NCBI GenBank assembly: GCA_964016885.1
Contig: OZ024744.1
Span: 88,412,001-88,476,000, forward strand
Source of the DNA: Eledone cirrhosa
Lineage: Eukaryota
Reading direction: 5' to 3'
Length of the DNA: 64,000 bases
In this document: positions 1-12,169 of the stretch, piece by piece
Position numbering within the stretch: the stretch's first letter is position 1
Layout: each line of letters opens with the position of its first letter
The notes under the pieces: model-generated
The model's input: the letters and a program-made list of their open reading frames with translations, nothing else
Told to the model about the DNA's origin: nothing
Database searches by the model: none
Made by a program: the position numbers and the translations under genes

Positions 1-78
1 TGTTTGTGTCTGTATGTGTGCTTGTGTCTGTGCCTCTGTGTGAGAGAGAGAAAGAGTCTATGTGTGCCTGTGTGTGTG

Positions 79-137
<59 letters not shown>

Positions 138-510
138 CTGTCTCTTTCTTTCTCTTTCTCCAAGAATTCACCACACTCTTCAGGGTAGTATAATTATTTA
201 AGTCTAAGAGAAATGGAAAAATATATAATACATACTGGTTCCTAGAGGGGGTTATTTTTTGATTTTTTAGAGAGTGTGTGTGTGGGGGGGGGGGGGGGGG
301 GGGGGGGGGGGGTGTCTGATTTAATGTAAATATCAAATATAAAAATTAACATTTGAAATATAGGATTAAAGTTGAGGTTTATCCTTTTAAGATTTACGCT
401 GATATAAAACCTTGACAGGTAATTGTAAAGAGTTTATATTAATGAAATATTAGGACTGAACAAATCTTTGAAGTAGTTGCCATAACGCAGTGTTTGATAT
501 TCTTTTAATA

Positions 511-671
511 ATAATTGTTTCTACTTTTGGCACAAGGCCAGGAATTACCCCAGTGCATTACTGGTACTTTATTTTATCGGCCTCCGTAACGATGAAACGC
601 AAAGTTAACCTCGGCGGGATTTTAACTCAGACCGTAAAGGGCCGTACTTCCATGCTGCAAAGCATGGCGCC
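511..671 (-). mobile_element. tRNA-derived SINE family A copy
   Basis: Shares the CCGAGGTTAACTTTGC..GATAAAATAAAGTACCAG core and an (ATT)n tail. Confidence 0.8.
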
Positions 672-1152
672 CTATTCTCTTAATAATAATAAAGCATTTG
701 TAATGGCTATTTTTAATAATTTATAAGTTTTTTAACCATCATTTGCCATATAAGCGCATATAGCATTTCATACAAAACATACTGCACATAATTTAGACTT
801 AAAAGAATGCAAAATCAGCGTTACTGATGTCCTTGGCTCTAGGACCACCTCCATGCTAACCATCATGGGCACAGAGTGGCTACCCCCACAAGGTGTGAGC
901 CTCGCGAGCTGGAATGGCTCTTCAGTGCGTCTCCCTCAGCATCCACCGGAGCCCACTTATAATAGTGAGAGATATGGGAAAGCGGACGAGCGGGAGAGTG
1001 GGAGAGACGGAAAGCAACTACCACAAGAGAAGTCGACTGAACGTTAAAGTAAATCACTGCTACTTGTATACAATTGACCCCCCAGAACGAGGACGGTCAG
1101 ATTCGAAGATGGTGGAATTTCACATCAAAACTTAAGAGCCGTAACTAATAAT

Positions 1153-1326
1153 TGTTTCTACGTTTGGGCCAGCAATTACCCAGTGCATTACTGGTACTTT
1201 ATTTTATCGACCTCGTAAGGATGAAAGGCAAAGTTAACCTCGGTGGGATTTGAACTCAGAATGGCAAGGGCCGTAACTCTATGCGTCAAAGCATGGCGTG
1301 CGACCCTCTACCGATACTGCCAATCC
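1153..1326 (-). mobile_element. SINE family A copy with TSD
   Basis: AGAGCCGTAACTAATAAT duplicated at 1135-1152 and 1327-1344. B-box-like GAGTTCAAATCC on the minus strand. Confidence 0.88.
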
Positions 1327-1467
1327 AGAGCCGTAACTAATAATGTATTTATTATAAATGAATGTATGAATACTGACTCAATGTTCTTCTTGCTACTGTT
1401 TACTGTGAACAATCTCAAGACGAAACTTGAGTGAGTAATCAACATATTTAACGATTGTATTATGTGT

Positions 1468-1511
<44 letters not shown>

Positions 1512-1512
1512 C

Positions 1513-1577
<65 letters not shown>

Positions 1578-1746
1578 ATTTCCATGTATGTTAGTGGATG
1601 TATATATGCATAAGTATACATATTTATTATATGAATGTATATGAGACTATGTATATATGAGACTATGTATATATATAATATATATATATAATATTATAAT
1701 GAAATGACAGGAGGCTGGACTTGTGTAAATCCTTGAAAGGTTTATT

Positions 1747-1804
1747 ATACTATGATCATTTCAATGACCGGGTTCCATATGAATCCGGTGATATCATCAG
1801 GTAT
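1747..1804 (-). ncRNA. type I hammerhead ribozyme motif
   Basis: Minus strand: ATAC-CTGATGA-tatcACCGG..CCGGTcatt-GAAA-TGATCA-TA-GTAT. Stem I ATAC/GTAT, palindromic stem III, AUA site. Confidence 0.75.
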
Positions 1805-2008
1805 TCGAAATATAATACGTGAATGTAATAGATAAAATCCATGGGGCTGAAAAGCAAAGACCCGAGGGCGACCGCCATCCAGCATCTTCCACCTTCGCCA
1901 CTTGAGGGCGACCGGCAAAGGTAGAAGATGGTGGATGGCGGTCGCCCTCGGGTCTTTGACTTTCAGCTCCATCGATTTTATCTATTACATTCAATTATTA
2001 TATTTCGA

Positions 2009-2066
2009 ATACCTGATGATATCACCGGATTCATACGGAACCCGGTCATTGAAAGGATCATAGTAT
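2009..2066 (+). ncRNA. type I hammerhead motif, stem III point-mutated (GGATCA)
   Basis: ATAC-CTGATGA(2013-2019)..GAAA(2051-2054)-GGATCA-TA-GTAT. Confidence 0.65.
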
Positions 2067-2247
2067 AATAAACCTTTCAAATCCAGCCGCCTGTCATTTC
2101 ATTATAATATTTAACTCCGTACTAGCACCACCAACTACAAAAACAAAGACGGTTGAACTGCTTTACGTTGAGTACTCTCCATATTATTATATTAAGATTG
2201 ACCATACGGAATTGACCAGCTCTATTCAGTGGTGAACCTCAAACCTG

Positions 2248-2282
<35 letters not shown>

Positions 2283-2288
2283 GTGTGT

Positions 2289-2322
<34 letters not shown>

Positions 2323-2349
2323 ATATATATGTGTGTATACACATATATA

Positions 2350-2443
<94 letters not shown>

Positions 2444-2528
2444 GAAGTTCTATTTAAATTGTTGGGATACAACAAGCAAATATTTTTATAACTGATATAA
2501 AGCACTCAACAAATTATTGGAGTAAAAA

Positions 2529-2854
2529 TACGATATATTAACAAAGGGAAACTATATTTATAAAACCATATTTATTTCATTATACATATCTCAAAGACAC
2601 CAAGTTAAATTATGGTGTGCTTTCATCAGATAAAATATAATATAGATCAGTTTTATGAATAAATATTGACATACCCTTAAAGAATGCGACCATTTCTGTT
2701 GGAAGCTCCAGGATAGTCATTTATTTATAAAACTGATCTATATTATATTTTATCTGATGAAAGCACACCATAATTTAACTTGGTGTCCTTGAAATATGTA
2801 TAATGAAATAAATATGGTTTTATAAATATAGTTTCCATTTGTTAATATATCGTA
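2529..2854. mobile_element. HHR-bearing fold-back element, ~135-bp arms, between (TA)n tracts
   Basis: 2529-2664 and 2719-2854 are near reverse complements. The minus-arm HHR copy (2575-2635) has GAAA changed to GAGA. Confidence 0.8.
2748..2808 (+). ncRNA. type I hammerhead ribozyme motif
   Basis: TTTTAT-CTGATGA-AAGcACACCA..TGGTGTcCTT-GAAA-TATGTA-TA-ATGAAA. Confidence 0.75.
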
Positions 2855-3038
2855 TATATATATATATATATATATGTCTGTCAGTGTGTTTGTATTTACA
2901 TACATATATAATAAATATGTATATTTAAGTGTATATATATATACGTAAACACATACACATAAACACATATATTTTTAAAACTCACCTCTAACGCTTATAC
3001 ACACACATGTGTATGTGCATATGTTGTTAGAGGCAACT

Positions 3039-3094
<56 letters not shown>

Positions 3095-3241
3095 AATGTG
3101 CGTGTATAAATATATATGTATATATATATATGTGTGTGTGTGTGTGAGTGTGTGTGTGTATACATATATATGTGTGTGTGTGTGTGTAGTGTGTGTGTGT
3201 ATATATATTCACACACGTGTGTGTGTGTATATATACACACA

Positions 3242-3275
<34 letters not shown>

Positions 3276-3745
3276 CACACACGTGTGTGTGTGTATACAC
3301 ACATGTGTGTGTGTGTGTTTGAGGCGAAATTTTCAACACCCCGCTCTATCCGTACCCACCTCCGAATAAGCCAGGCGCACTGTCGTACTTATATCTATTT
3401 CAGACTAGATGATGCCGCTACAGGCGTCAAAAAGTCGCCAGCACATAGAAAATAACACTGCATTAAAATGGCGCCGTCATAATGGGACACGACAGCAGAA
3501 GTAGATCAAAGCGTTAACGAAACCTCAGAATAATTCCAACTTAAAACTATTGGCAGTGTTAATTGTTATAGGGTGGGCACGCACGGAAGAAGATGAGGGA
3601 AAGAGAGGCAAGCGAAGGAGGAGGAGGAGGAGGTGAAAATAACAACTGTAAAAATTAGCAAACTAAATATATGTATATATATATATATATATATAAAATA
3701 AATTATGAAAATAAATAAAGAAAGAAAATTAAAATAACAGCAAAA

Positions 3746-3783
<38 letters not shown>

Positions 3784-3874
3784 ATAAGAAAACATTAGAA
3801 TAAGATACTCTCGGGGGACTAAGTTGCGTAAAAAGAGGAAGAGAGAGGGGGGAGAGTGAGAGGGAGCTTATATA

Positions 3875-3914
<40 letters not shown>

Positions 3915-4191
3915 CCACCTCAGACGTACACACATTTACCTATGTATACCTATATGTATGTAAGTATGTATGTATATGTATGTATGAATGTGTGTGTGTG
4001 TGTGTGTATATGCGTATGTATATATGCATGTACGTATGCATGTACGTATGTATGTGTGAGTGTGTATGTATGTATGAATGCGTGTGAGTATACTCTCACA
4101 TACTCAAATATAAATACACACATAGTAGGTAAAAGGTCTTACTTATCGGACGCGGCTAAATAGGGAAGTAGTATATATATATATGTATGCC

Positions 4192-4223
<32 letters not shown>

Positions 4224-4357
4224 CACTTGGGGAGGGTCATATTTGTGTAATAATATTGCCAGAATTAATAACAGAACACACTCACTGTTTGGTTTCGACA
4301 CACCATTTCATATAAAAAACCTTGCAAAACTAACTCATCAGCGTTATATATAAATAT

Positions 4358-4447
<90 letters not shown>

Positions 4448-4582
4448 GTATATATACATGTACACTTATATATATATATATATATATATACGTTATTCCG
4501 GGTTGAATCGGAGGTAACCACAGTAAGTAAGGTACTCAATACATTGCAGAGTATAAAAGTTTTAATATAAATGAGATTCTAC

Positions 4583-4782
4583 NNNNNNNNNNNNNNNNNN
4601 NNNNNNNNNNNNNNNNNNNNNNNNNNNNNNNNNNNNNNNNNNNNNNNNNNNNNNNNNNNNNNNNNNNNNNNNNNNNNNNNNNNNNNNNNNNNNNNNNNNN
4701 NNNNNNNNNNNNNNNNNNNNNNNNNNNNNNNNNNNNNNNNNNNNNNNNNNNNNNNNNNNNNNNNNNNNNNNNNNNNNNNNNN
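4583..4782. other. assembly gap (200 N)
   Basis: Run of N. Confidence 1.
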
Positions 4783-4814
4783 TCACCCGGTTCGAGAATT
4801 GAACTCACAACCTT

Positions 4815-4877
<63 letters not shown>

Positions 4878-4878
<1 letters not shown>

Positions 4879-5850
4879 CTAGCAATAGATTGACACATAT
4901 ATATATATAAATATATATAAAATAAACACATGAAACAATCTCAGGGAATAATTTGTAAAGTGTGTAAGCACATATAGCTAGGTAGGTAACTAATTAAAAT
5001 TAAACTAGTACTTCGAATATAGGTACCTTTTAAAATGATTAATCTACTTTGTATATATTTCTTTAAATAAAAAAATATTTCACCAATTAACCAGTAAATC
5101 ACAGCAGTCAAATCCTGGATGGTCACCAAAGGAGAAGATCCAACCATCTGTGTTTACACAGCAAATGCAAATATGTGAATGACACGAACCACGTGTTGCA
5201 TTTTATAAAAAATACAGACATCGCACCGCGTCATCCCAGTGGCGTGAATAGGATTATCGACAGCTAGAAATAGCAGCCGAGTCCATTCAACTTAATTAGC
5301 TCTACAATCAAGAGGCCGTATATATATCCAAAATTAAATTAAGGTAAGGTTGTCATGTCTGAGCGACATGCGCCATATTCACTGCTGAAAAGGCTCAAAG
5401 ATTCCAATGAATAGTTCCGAGCATTTTATATCAACTAGAAATAGATTGACACATATATATATATCAAATAAACACATGAAACAATCTCAGGGAATAATTT
5501 GTAAAGTGTGTAAGCACACATAGCTAGGTAGGTAACTAATTAAAGTTTAACTAGAACTTCAAAAATAGATACCTTTTAAAATGTTTAACCTCCTTTTAAA
5601 ATGATTAATCTCCTTTGCAAAGGAGATTAATCATTTTAAATATTTGAAGTTCTATTTAAACTTTAATTAGTTATCTACCTAGCTATGTGTGCTTACACAG
5701 TTTACAAATTATTCCCTGAGATTGTTTCATGTGTTTATTTGATATATATATATGTGTCAATCTATTTCTAGTTGGAATCTTTGAGCTTATTCTGCAGTGA
5801 ATATGGCGCATGTCTCTCAGACATGACAACCTTACCTTAATTTAATTTTG
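4878..5850. repeat. direct plus inverted repeat element between (TA)n tracts; no HHR recognised
   Basis: ~4878-5050 is repeated at ~5433-5615. 5329-5617 and 5618-5850 form an imperfect palindrome centred on TTTG|CAAA. Confidence 0.8.
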
Positions 5851-5939
5851 TATATATATATATAAATATATGGTAAAATGTTGAGAATGTGCAAGGTATA
5901 TATATATATATATATATATTGCACTTTGTCAGTATTTTA

Positions 5940-6024
<85 letters not shown>

Positions 6025-6373
6025 TGTAGTGTGTGTGTGTGTCCTCATTTTTGCAAAATCTATACAAATCCACATTTCTACTCCGATTGACTTCAAACTT
6101 GCATTTATATATTCCTTGCGGTCTAAAGATATTAACTGCAGCTATTATTTTTCAATGTTCTGTTGTTAAAGGGGTGTTAGGCACCGGTTATCGAACTCCG
6201 TCGCGTTCTTATAATAGCTGTCTGTGTGCCTGCCTGTCTGCATAACGACATTATGACCAACACGTCATTGCTGACGTATTATCTTCGCCACATTCTCTTT
6301 CACACACACACACACACATACATATAAACATATATATACAGATATATACATATACACACACATATATACAGAT

Positions 6374-6406
<33 letters not shown>

Positions 6407-6846
6407 CATACATATACAAACACATATACACATATATATATATATATATATACACATATATATATATAAATATACACATAAAAATATATGTATCTAGGGT
6501 GGGTAAAATTCCAGCGATCCAGGGACGAGTTCTCTCTAGCGTGTAAAAAAGGTTATAACAAGAAGATAGAAATATCAAAACTTCAAACAACAAAGATTCC
6601 CCAATAGGGTGGGGGGGGAGGACTTCCGAGGGTCACTCGTGGCGAAAACCACATAAAAGACCACTACCACGCTGACCACAAGGGCAAGCGCCATCTCTCA
6701 GTTTTCCACTCCTCAGTCTACAGGCGCATACTCAAAGCGGGCCCGCTCTCAAGGAATATGAAGCAGTGACAGGAGCAAAGTTAAACCAGAAAAAGTCGGT
6801 GGGCTTGCAGCTCGGCACCTGGAGAAGCAAGTGTATGTATATTTAG

Positions 6847-6944
<98 letters not shown>

Positions 6945-6996
6945 ATAAATATACATACCATAAATATACATACACTCAAGTGTATGTATATTTAGG

Positions 6997-7027
<31 letters not shown>

Positions 7028-7092
7028 TGATATGTTGATTTAAAACTGTACTATCCACAAGTGTTTTTTAACCTTCATATCATGTCTTCCTG

Positions 7093-7159
7093 TTTTATCT
7101 GATGAAAACACAAATATTATTGCATGATGATATTTGTTTTTGAAATGCGCATAATAAAA
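7093..7159 (+). ncRNA. type I hammerhead ribozyme motif
   Basis: TTTTAT-CTGATGA-AAAcACAAATATT..GATATTTGTtTTT-GAAA-TGCGCA-TA-ATAAAA. Perfect 6-bp stem I. Lies in a ~170-bp island between (TA)n tracts. Confidence 0.85.
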
Positions 7160-7363
7160 TACATGGAACTCTTCTAACCATCTTTTGTTCTTATATATAT
7201 ATATATATATATATATATTTTAGTATATGTTGTTTTTTTACCGACACCTCAGTATGCAGATTGGAGCACTCGACGAAGTAAGCAAGTTGGTTTGTTGACT
7301 TCGGATTAATGTAAAATAAGTAAATCAAACATGTAAAATTTGGCTTCGTTTATTATAAATTCT

Positions 7364-7416
7364 CTGCTATATATATTTCGGTGACAACTGCTATTCGCTG
7401 TGGCATCATCAGGCAG
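7364..7416 (-). ncRNA. type I hammerhead motif (diverged copy of the 10.3/10.6-kb family)
   Basis: Minus strand: CTGC-CTGATGA-tgccACAGC..GTTGTcacc-GAAA-TATATA-TA-GCAG. Confidence 0.75.
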
Positions 7417-7548
7417 TACGAATTAACGTGGAAAAGACAGTTAAACATGTTGTTGAAATGTGTTCCACTCTGTCAATTCATCGATATGTCCAGCTCCTGG
7501 GTGTGTTGTTAGTCCTCCGAGAAACTGGAATCATATGTATATATATAC

Positions 7549-7629
<81 letters not shown>

Positions 7630-7637
<8 letters not shown>

Positions 7638-8772
7638 TAACAGATTAAAGTTTAAGCAAAGAATCGCTGCTTTCACCCTTAACGGGATCTTCTGAAACTA
7701 ACAAAGTCAATCTGTAAACGCAGAAGTGGATATTTCAAAAAACGTTGCAACTGGAGGAAGACAGGAAGACGATACTTTGGTTCGTGGAAACGTTCGCTGG
7801 CAAAGAACGGGAAAAAACGAATATAATACGTCATTAATAGGAGCGGTGTATTGTATTTATTTACTTTGTTCCTAACTCTGTAACGAAGATTCATTCGGTC
7901 TCCTAGTTAGAATTTTAGTCTACGACTTCTGCTATACCATTTACATGGTTTTGTCTTTGCGTGCTATTGTTCTCCACGCTCCACATATGACGTATTTTCT
8001 TCGTTTTTTTCGTTCATTGCCAGAGAACGTCTCTAAGAACCACCTAAGAGAACATTAGTCTACGACCTCTTTTATACCACAAACGTGGTTCTGTCTTTGC
8101 GCGTAATTGTTTTTCACCGCTCCTATTAATGACGTATTATATTCGTTTTTTCCCGTTCTTTGCCAGCGAACGTTTCCACGAACCAAAGTATCGTCTTCCT
8201 GTCTTCCTCCGGTTGCAACGTTTTTTGAAATATCCACTTCTGCGTTTACAGATTGACTTTGTTAGATTCAGAAGATCCCGTTAAGGGTGAAAGCAGCGAT
8301 TCTTTGCTTAAACTTTAATCTGTTATTTTAATAAATATTTGCTCTACGGTTCTTATATATTTGATATATATTTATCCTTATCGAGCCCTCTTTGGATTTT
8401 AGTCTTCAAATTTATTATTATTACTATATATACTAGATGTTTGTCGCATTTAATCAGATTCTCTCGCTGATGATGCCCAGGATTATCTGTTACAAACACA
8501 CTCAGGGCGAAACAGATTATCCCTAATCTGTCCGAGAGATATAATTGTTATTGAGGCGGTTTGTATAATATAATTTTATTTTATTTTATCATTCTGTCTG
8601 CTTCATGGTTAAATATTTCAAACAAATGTGGTCTTTCAACCCTCGTAATATTAGACACACGATTTACTGTGTTTCTTACTACATATATATTATTATTATT
8701 ATAATGCTCAGTATTTATACTTGGAGCTTATTGATTACAGGGTTTCAGTAAGAGTTATTAACTCTAACTTTC

Positions 8773-8775
<3 letters not shown>
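7630..8775 (+). mobile_element. HHR-bearing element with an inverted 5' duplication, (TA)n on both sides
   Basis: 7630-7848 and 8115-8333 are inverted repeats. Internal diverged tandem duplication ~7915-8025/8056-8165. HHR at 8460. A fragment recurs at ~61853-61967. Confidence 0.8.
8460..8539 (+). ncRNA. canonical type I hammerhead ribozyme
   Basis: TCTCTCG-CTGATGA-tGCCC..GGGC-GAAA-CAGATTA(tccc)TAATCTG-TC-CGAGAGA. 7-bp stem I, 7-bp stem III, GUC site after 8532. Confidence 0.92.
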
Positions 8776-8812
<37 letters not shown>

Positions 8813-8957
8813 TAAATTTCTTTAAGTCGTTTGGAAGCCTATATATATATACATATACATACCATAAATATAGATACACTTACACTACACATCTATACAC
8901 TATATACATATATACATACCATAAATATAGATACACTTAGATTACACATCTATACAC

Positions 8958-9006
<49 letters not shown>

Positions 9007-9044
9007 CAAACACAAGCAATCATCGAATGTCCTATACGTAAATA

Positions 9045-9229
9045 ATTGTTTCTACTTTTGGCAAAAGGCCAGCAATTACCCAGTACATTTCTGGTACTTT
9101 ATTTTATCGAACCCGTAAGGGTGAAAGGCAAAGTTAACATTGGCGGGACTTGAACTCAGACTGTAAAGGGACGTAACTAGGCTAGAAAGCATGGTGTCCA
9201 ACCCTCTACCGATACTGCCAATTCACCGC
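9045..9229 (-). mobile_element. SINE family A full-length copy with TSD
   Basis: CCTATACGTAAATA duplicated at 9031 and 9230. Confidence 0.88.
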
Positions 9230-10049
9230 CCTATACGTAAATAGTACACTCAGAAAACAAATCCAACAATAAACAAAACATCTAGTAAACAAGCCCATTG
9301 GGTTCCAAACTTGTAAAAAATTACATTCATAAAAGCCAAACCAATCATGAACAATGTATATCGTCCGGTCATGACGCAAGACGAAGGCGACATTGTCAGG
9401 TGTGGATTGTATAATTAGTTAATCAATAAAAGAAACTATGGTAAACACAAACAGACAATATACTTTATCCAGAGATGGTCCGCGAAACTCGTATTATGAG
9501 ATTCGCATTGTGAAATAAGCATGGTGTGTGTGGTAGGTGTGACTATGGAGGGCGGGGTTGTTTGGTTGCGACGACAGAAATTATGTTGCTTAACCATTGA
9601 AATATGCATGGTGTTTTATTTTTTTGTTTTGTTTTTTTTAGCAACATTAAGACTATCAAAGGATATTTCTAGTCTGATATTTTGTTGTTTTAAATAAATA
9701 TTTAATTCCATGGGATTCAACTTCTACGATGGATGAGTTGCATAACGTAGTGCTTTTCTTAGTATTACATCATGCAGTAGTAACCGGAATGAACAGTTCT
9801 ATCCATTGGAAACATACACAACATAAATGATATATAGTCAGTCGATCGACTTTCGTCAAATCGGACCGAGGAAACAATGTTTCCATGGGTATTTCCAATT
9901 GCTAATACTATCTGTCAGTCGCAACTCCAGATAGAAGGAGCAACGTGAAATAAAGTGTCTTGCTCAAGGACATAACGCATCGCACGGTCTGAGAATCGAA
10001 ATCACAACCTCACGATTGCAAATCCAATTCTCTTACCTCTCAGTTTATG

Positions 10050-10143
<94 letters not shown>

Positions 10144-10289
10144 TTTTGAGTTTATGTTGGTTGTATACCAACCCCTCAATATGCAGGCTGGAGCACTCGA
10201 CGGGGTGCGCAGGTTGGTTTGGTTACTCCGGAGTAGTGTAAAATAAAGTTAAATAAAAGTCAAATGATTAAAATTTAGCTTCGTTTATT

Positions 10290-10344
10290 ACTGCTATATA
10301 TATTTCAGTGACAGCCATCTTTAGCTGTGACCTCTTCAGGCAGT
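10290..10344 (-). ncRNA. type I hammerhead ribozyme motif
   Basis: Minus strand: ACTGC-CTGAAGA-GGtcACAGC..GCTGTcaCT-GAAA-TATATA-TA-GCAGT. Confidence 0.8.
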
Positions 10345-10570
10345 TTGAATTAGCATGGTAAAGACAAGTACATATGTTGTTTAGGTGTATAATATTGTCA
10401 ACACTCTGATATGCCCAGTTCCTTGTTGGGTTGTTAATTCACTGAGGAACTGGATATGACTCCAGTTCCTCAGTGAATTAACAACCCAACAAGGAATTGG
10501 GCATATCAGAGTATTGACAATATTATACACCTAAACAACATATGTACTTCTCTATACCATACTAATTCAA

Positions 10571-10625
10571 ACTGCCTGAAGAGGTCACAGCCAAAGATGG
10601 CTGTCACTGAAATATATATAGCAGT
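10571..10625 (+). ncRNA. type I hammerhead ribozyme motif
   Basis: ACTGC-CTGAAGA-GGtcACAGCC..GGCTGTcaCT-GAAA-TATATA-TA-GCAGT. Confidence 0.8.
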
Positions 10626-10692
10626 AATAAACGAAGCTAAATTTTAATGATTTGACTTTTATTTAACTTTATTTTATATATATATATATATA

Positions 10693-10950
10693 TTATTATT
10701 ATTATGTAATAAACAACATAAGGCAATTATTCCATTTACCAGTGGTTTCTTAAAAGCAAAAGGTTTTGTTTCAATCCTCAGAATGAAAAAATCATGGTTT
10801 GTTTATTGAATTTGGATTTTTAAAATCCAAATTCAATAAACAAACCATGATTTTTTCATTCTGAGGATTGAAAGCAAAACCTTTTGCTTTTAAGAAACCA
10901 CTGGTAAATGGAATAATTGCCTTATGTTGTTTATTACATAATAATAATAA
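10693..10950. mobile_element. near-perfect ~260-bp palindrome with one HHR per arm
   Basis: Centred near 10821 (GGATTTT-T-AAAATCC). HHRs at 10731-10787 (-) and 10855-10912 (+). Confidence 0.88.
10855..10912 (+). ncRNA. type I hammerhead ribozyme motif
   Basis: TTCATT-CTGAGGA-TTGAAAGCAAAA(cc)TTTTGCTTTTAA-GAAA-CCACTGG-TA-AATGGA. GUA site. Confidence 0.8.
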
Positions 10951-11012
10951 TTAAGCTCTGTTACCTACATAGAGCACTCTTTTTTCCTGGACTTTTCCGA
11001 TGGAATTACTTC

Positions 11013-11093
<81 letters not shown>

Positions 11094-11428
11094 CATATAT
11101 ATATATACATATATATATACATATATATATACATATATATGTGTGTGTGTGTTTGTGTGTGTGCCTGTGTGTATGTATAGTGGGCTGTGTAGTTTTCTTA
11201 TAGTGCGTAAGAAGTGTAAGATTCAGGGAGCTTAGAGGGAGAAGCTCCAATATATTAAAATGTCATAAACGAGATAAAACTTGTTTAAAAACGGTATATG
11301 TTTTGTGTTGTATTATACAACAACGCATTACGTATGTGTACATATATATATTCGGATCTACCTATCGAAACGGCCGGATCTCAACCGTTGGGGTCCTGAA
11401 TCATTTCGCGAAGTTTACAATTTATATA

Positions 11429-11459
<31 letters not shown>

Positions 11460-11461
11460 TA

Positions 11462-11513
<52 letters not shown>

Positions 11514-11622
11514 CACTATATATAAATTGTAAACTTCCTGAAACGAAATGTTATATTGGCCACGTCTCTTTCTCTATACGGAAATACTAACATTGAACAT
11601 TGGTACATCACCATATCACCAA

Positions 11623-11709
11623 TTGCTGTCTGAAGAAGTCTTGTCTTAATTACGTAATAGTTTCATTGCATAATAACAGCCGGCATCATGGAAATGCGTA
11701 TAACAGCAA
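11623..11709 (+). ncRNA. type I hammerhead motif with long, imperfect stem II
   Basis: TTGCTGT-CTGAAGA-(54 nt)-GAAA-TGCGTA-TA-ACAGCAA. Perfect 7-bp stem I. Confidence 0.72.
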
Positions 11710-12169
11710 ATTACCTAATAATCATGGGAATCTTGTCTTCATATTAATTATCATTATACCCATATCCATCGTGTACTATCCAAGATGCATACAAACTGGG
11801 GTGCTTTAAGCTGCTTGCACGATTATTTATGGATTGACGTGTTGCATACACAACACAAATAATAAATTAATTATAAATTTGAAAAAAACTGAAAGCATAC
11901 ACACATACGCACAAGAACACGGACAGACAAACACACATACTCGTATGTTTAGATGTGTTTTTATGTGTATGTTTGTGTGTGAATATATTTTATATGTGTG
12001 TATTTGTGTGCGTTTTTGTGTGGATGTTTTTTTGTATGTGTGTACATGTGTATATGTGTATATGTGCGTGTGTAAGGTTTTTTATGTGTGTTTCCATATT
12101 CGCATAGATCATCTCAATCTGATTATCCATAATTACAGTCACCCTCACTGAAGTATATCTATCTCCCCT

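Larger units (their letters stand above)
1691..2248. mobile_element. HHR-bearing fold-back element (Penelope pLTR/retrozyme-like), ~210-bp inverted arms plus 3' extension ending at (TA)n
   Basis: 1691-~1898 is the near reverse complement of ~1914-2110. One HHR per arm. Homologous single-orientation copy at ~50160-50461 and a fragment at ~49258-49322. Confidence 0.8.
10239..10677. mobile_element. fold-back element, ~215-bp arms with a 6-nt spacer, one HHR per arm
   Basis: 10239-10454 versus 10461-10677. Diverged relative at ~7240-7535. Confidence 0.88.

Noticed and set aside
853-1135. GC-richer stretch with minus-strand CTGAAGA-GCC..GGC
   Set aside because: No GAAA after the putative stem II and no stem I or III. 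The short ORFs have no recognisable motif.
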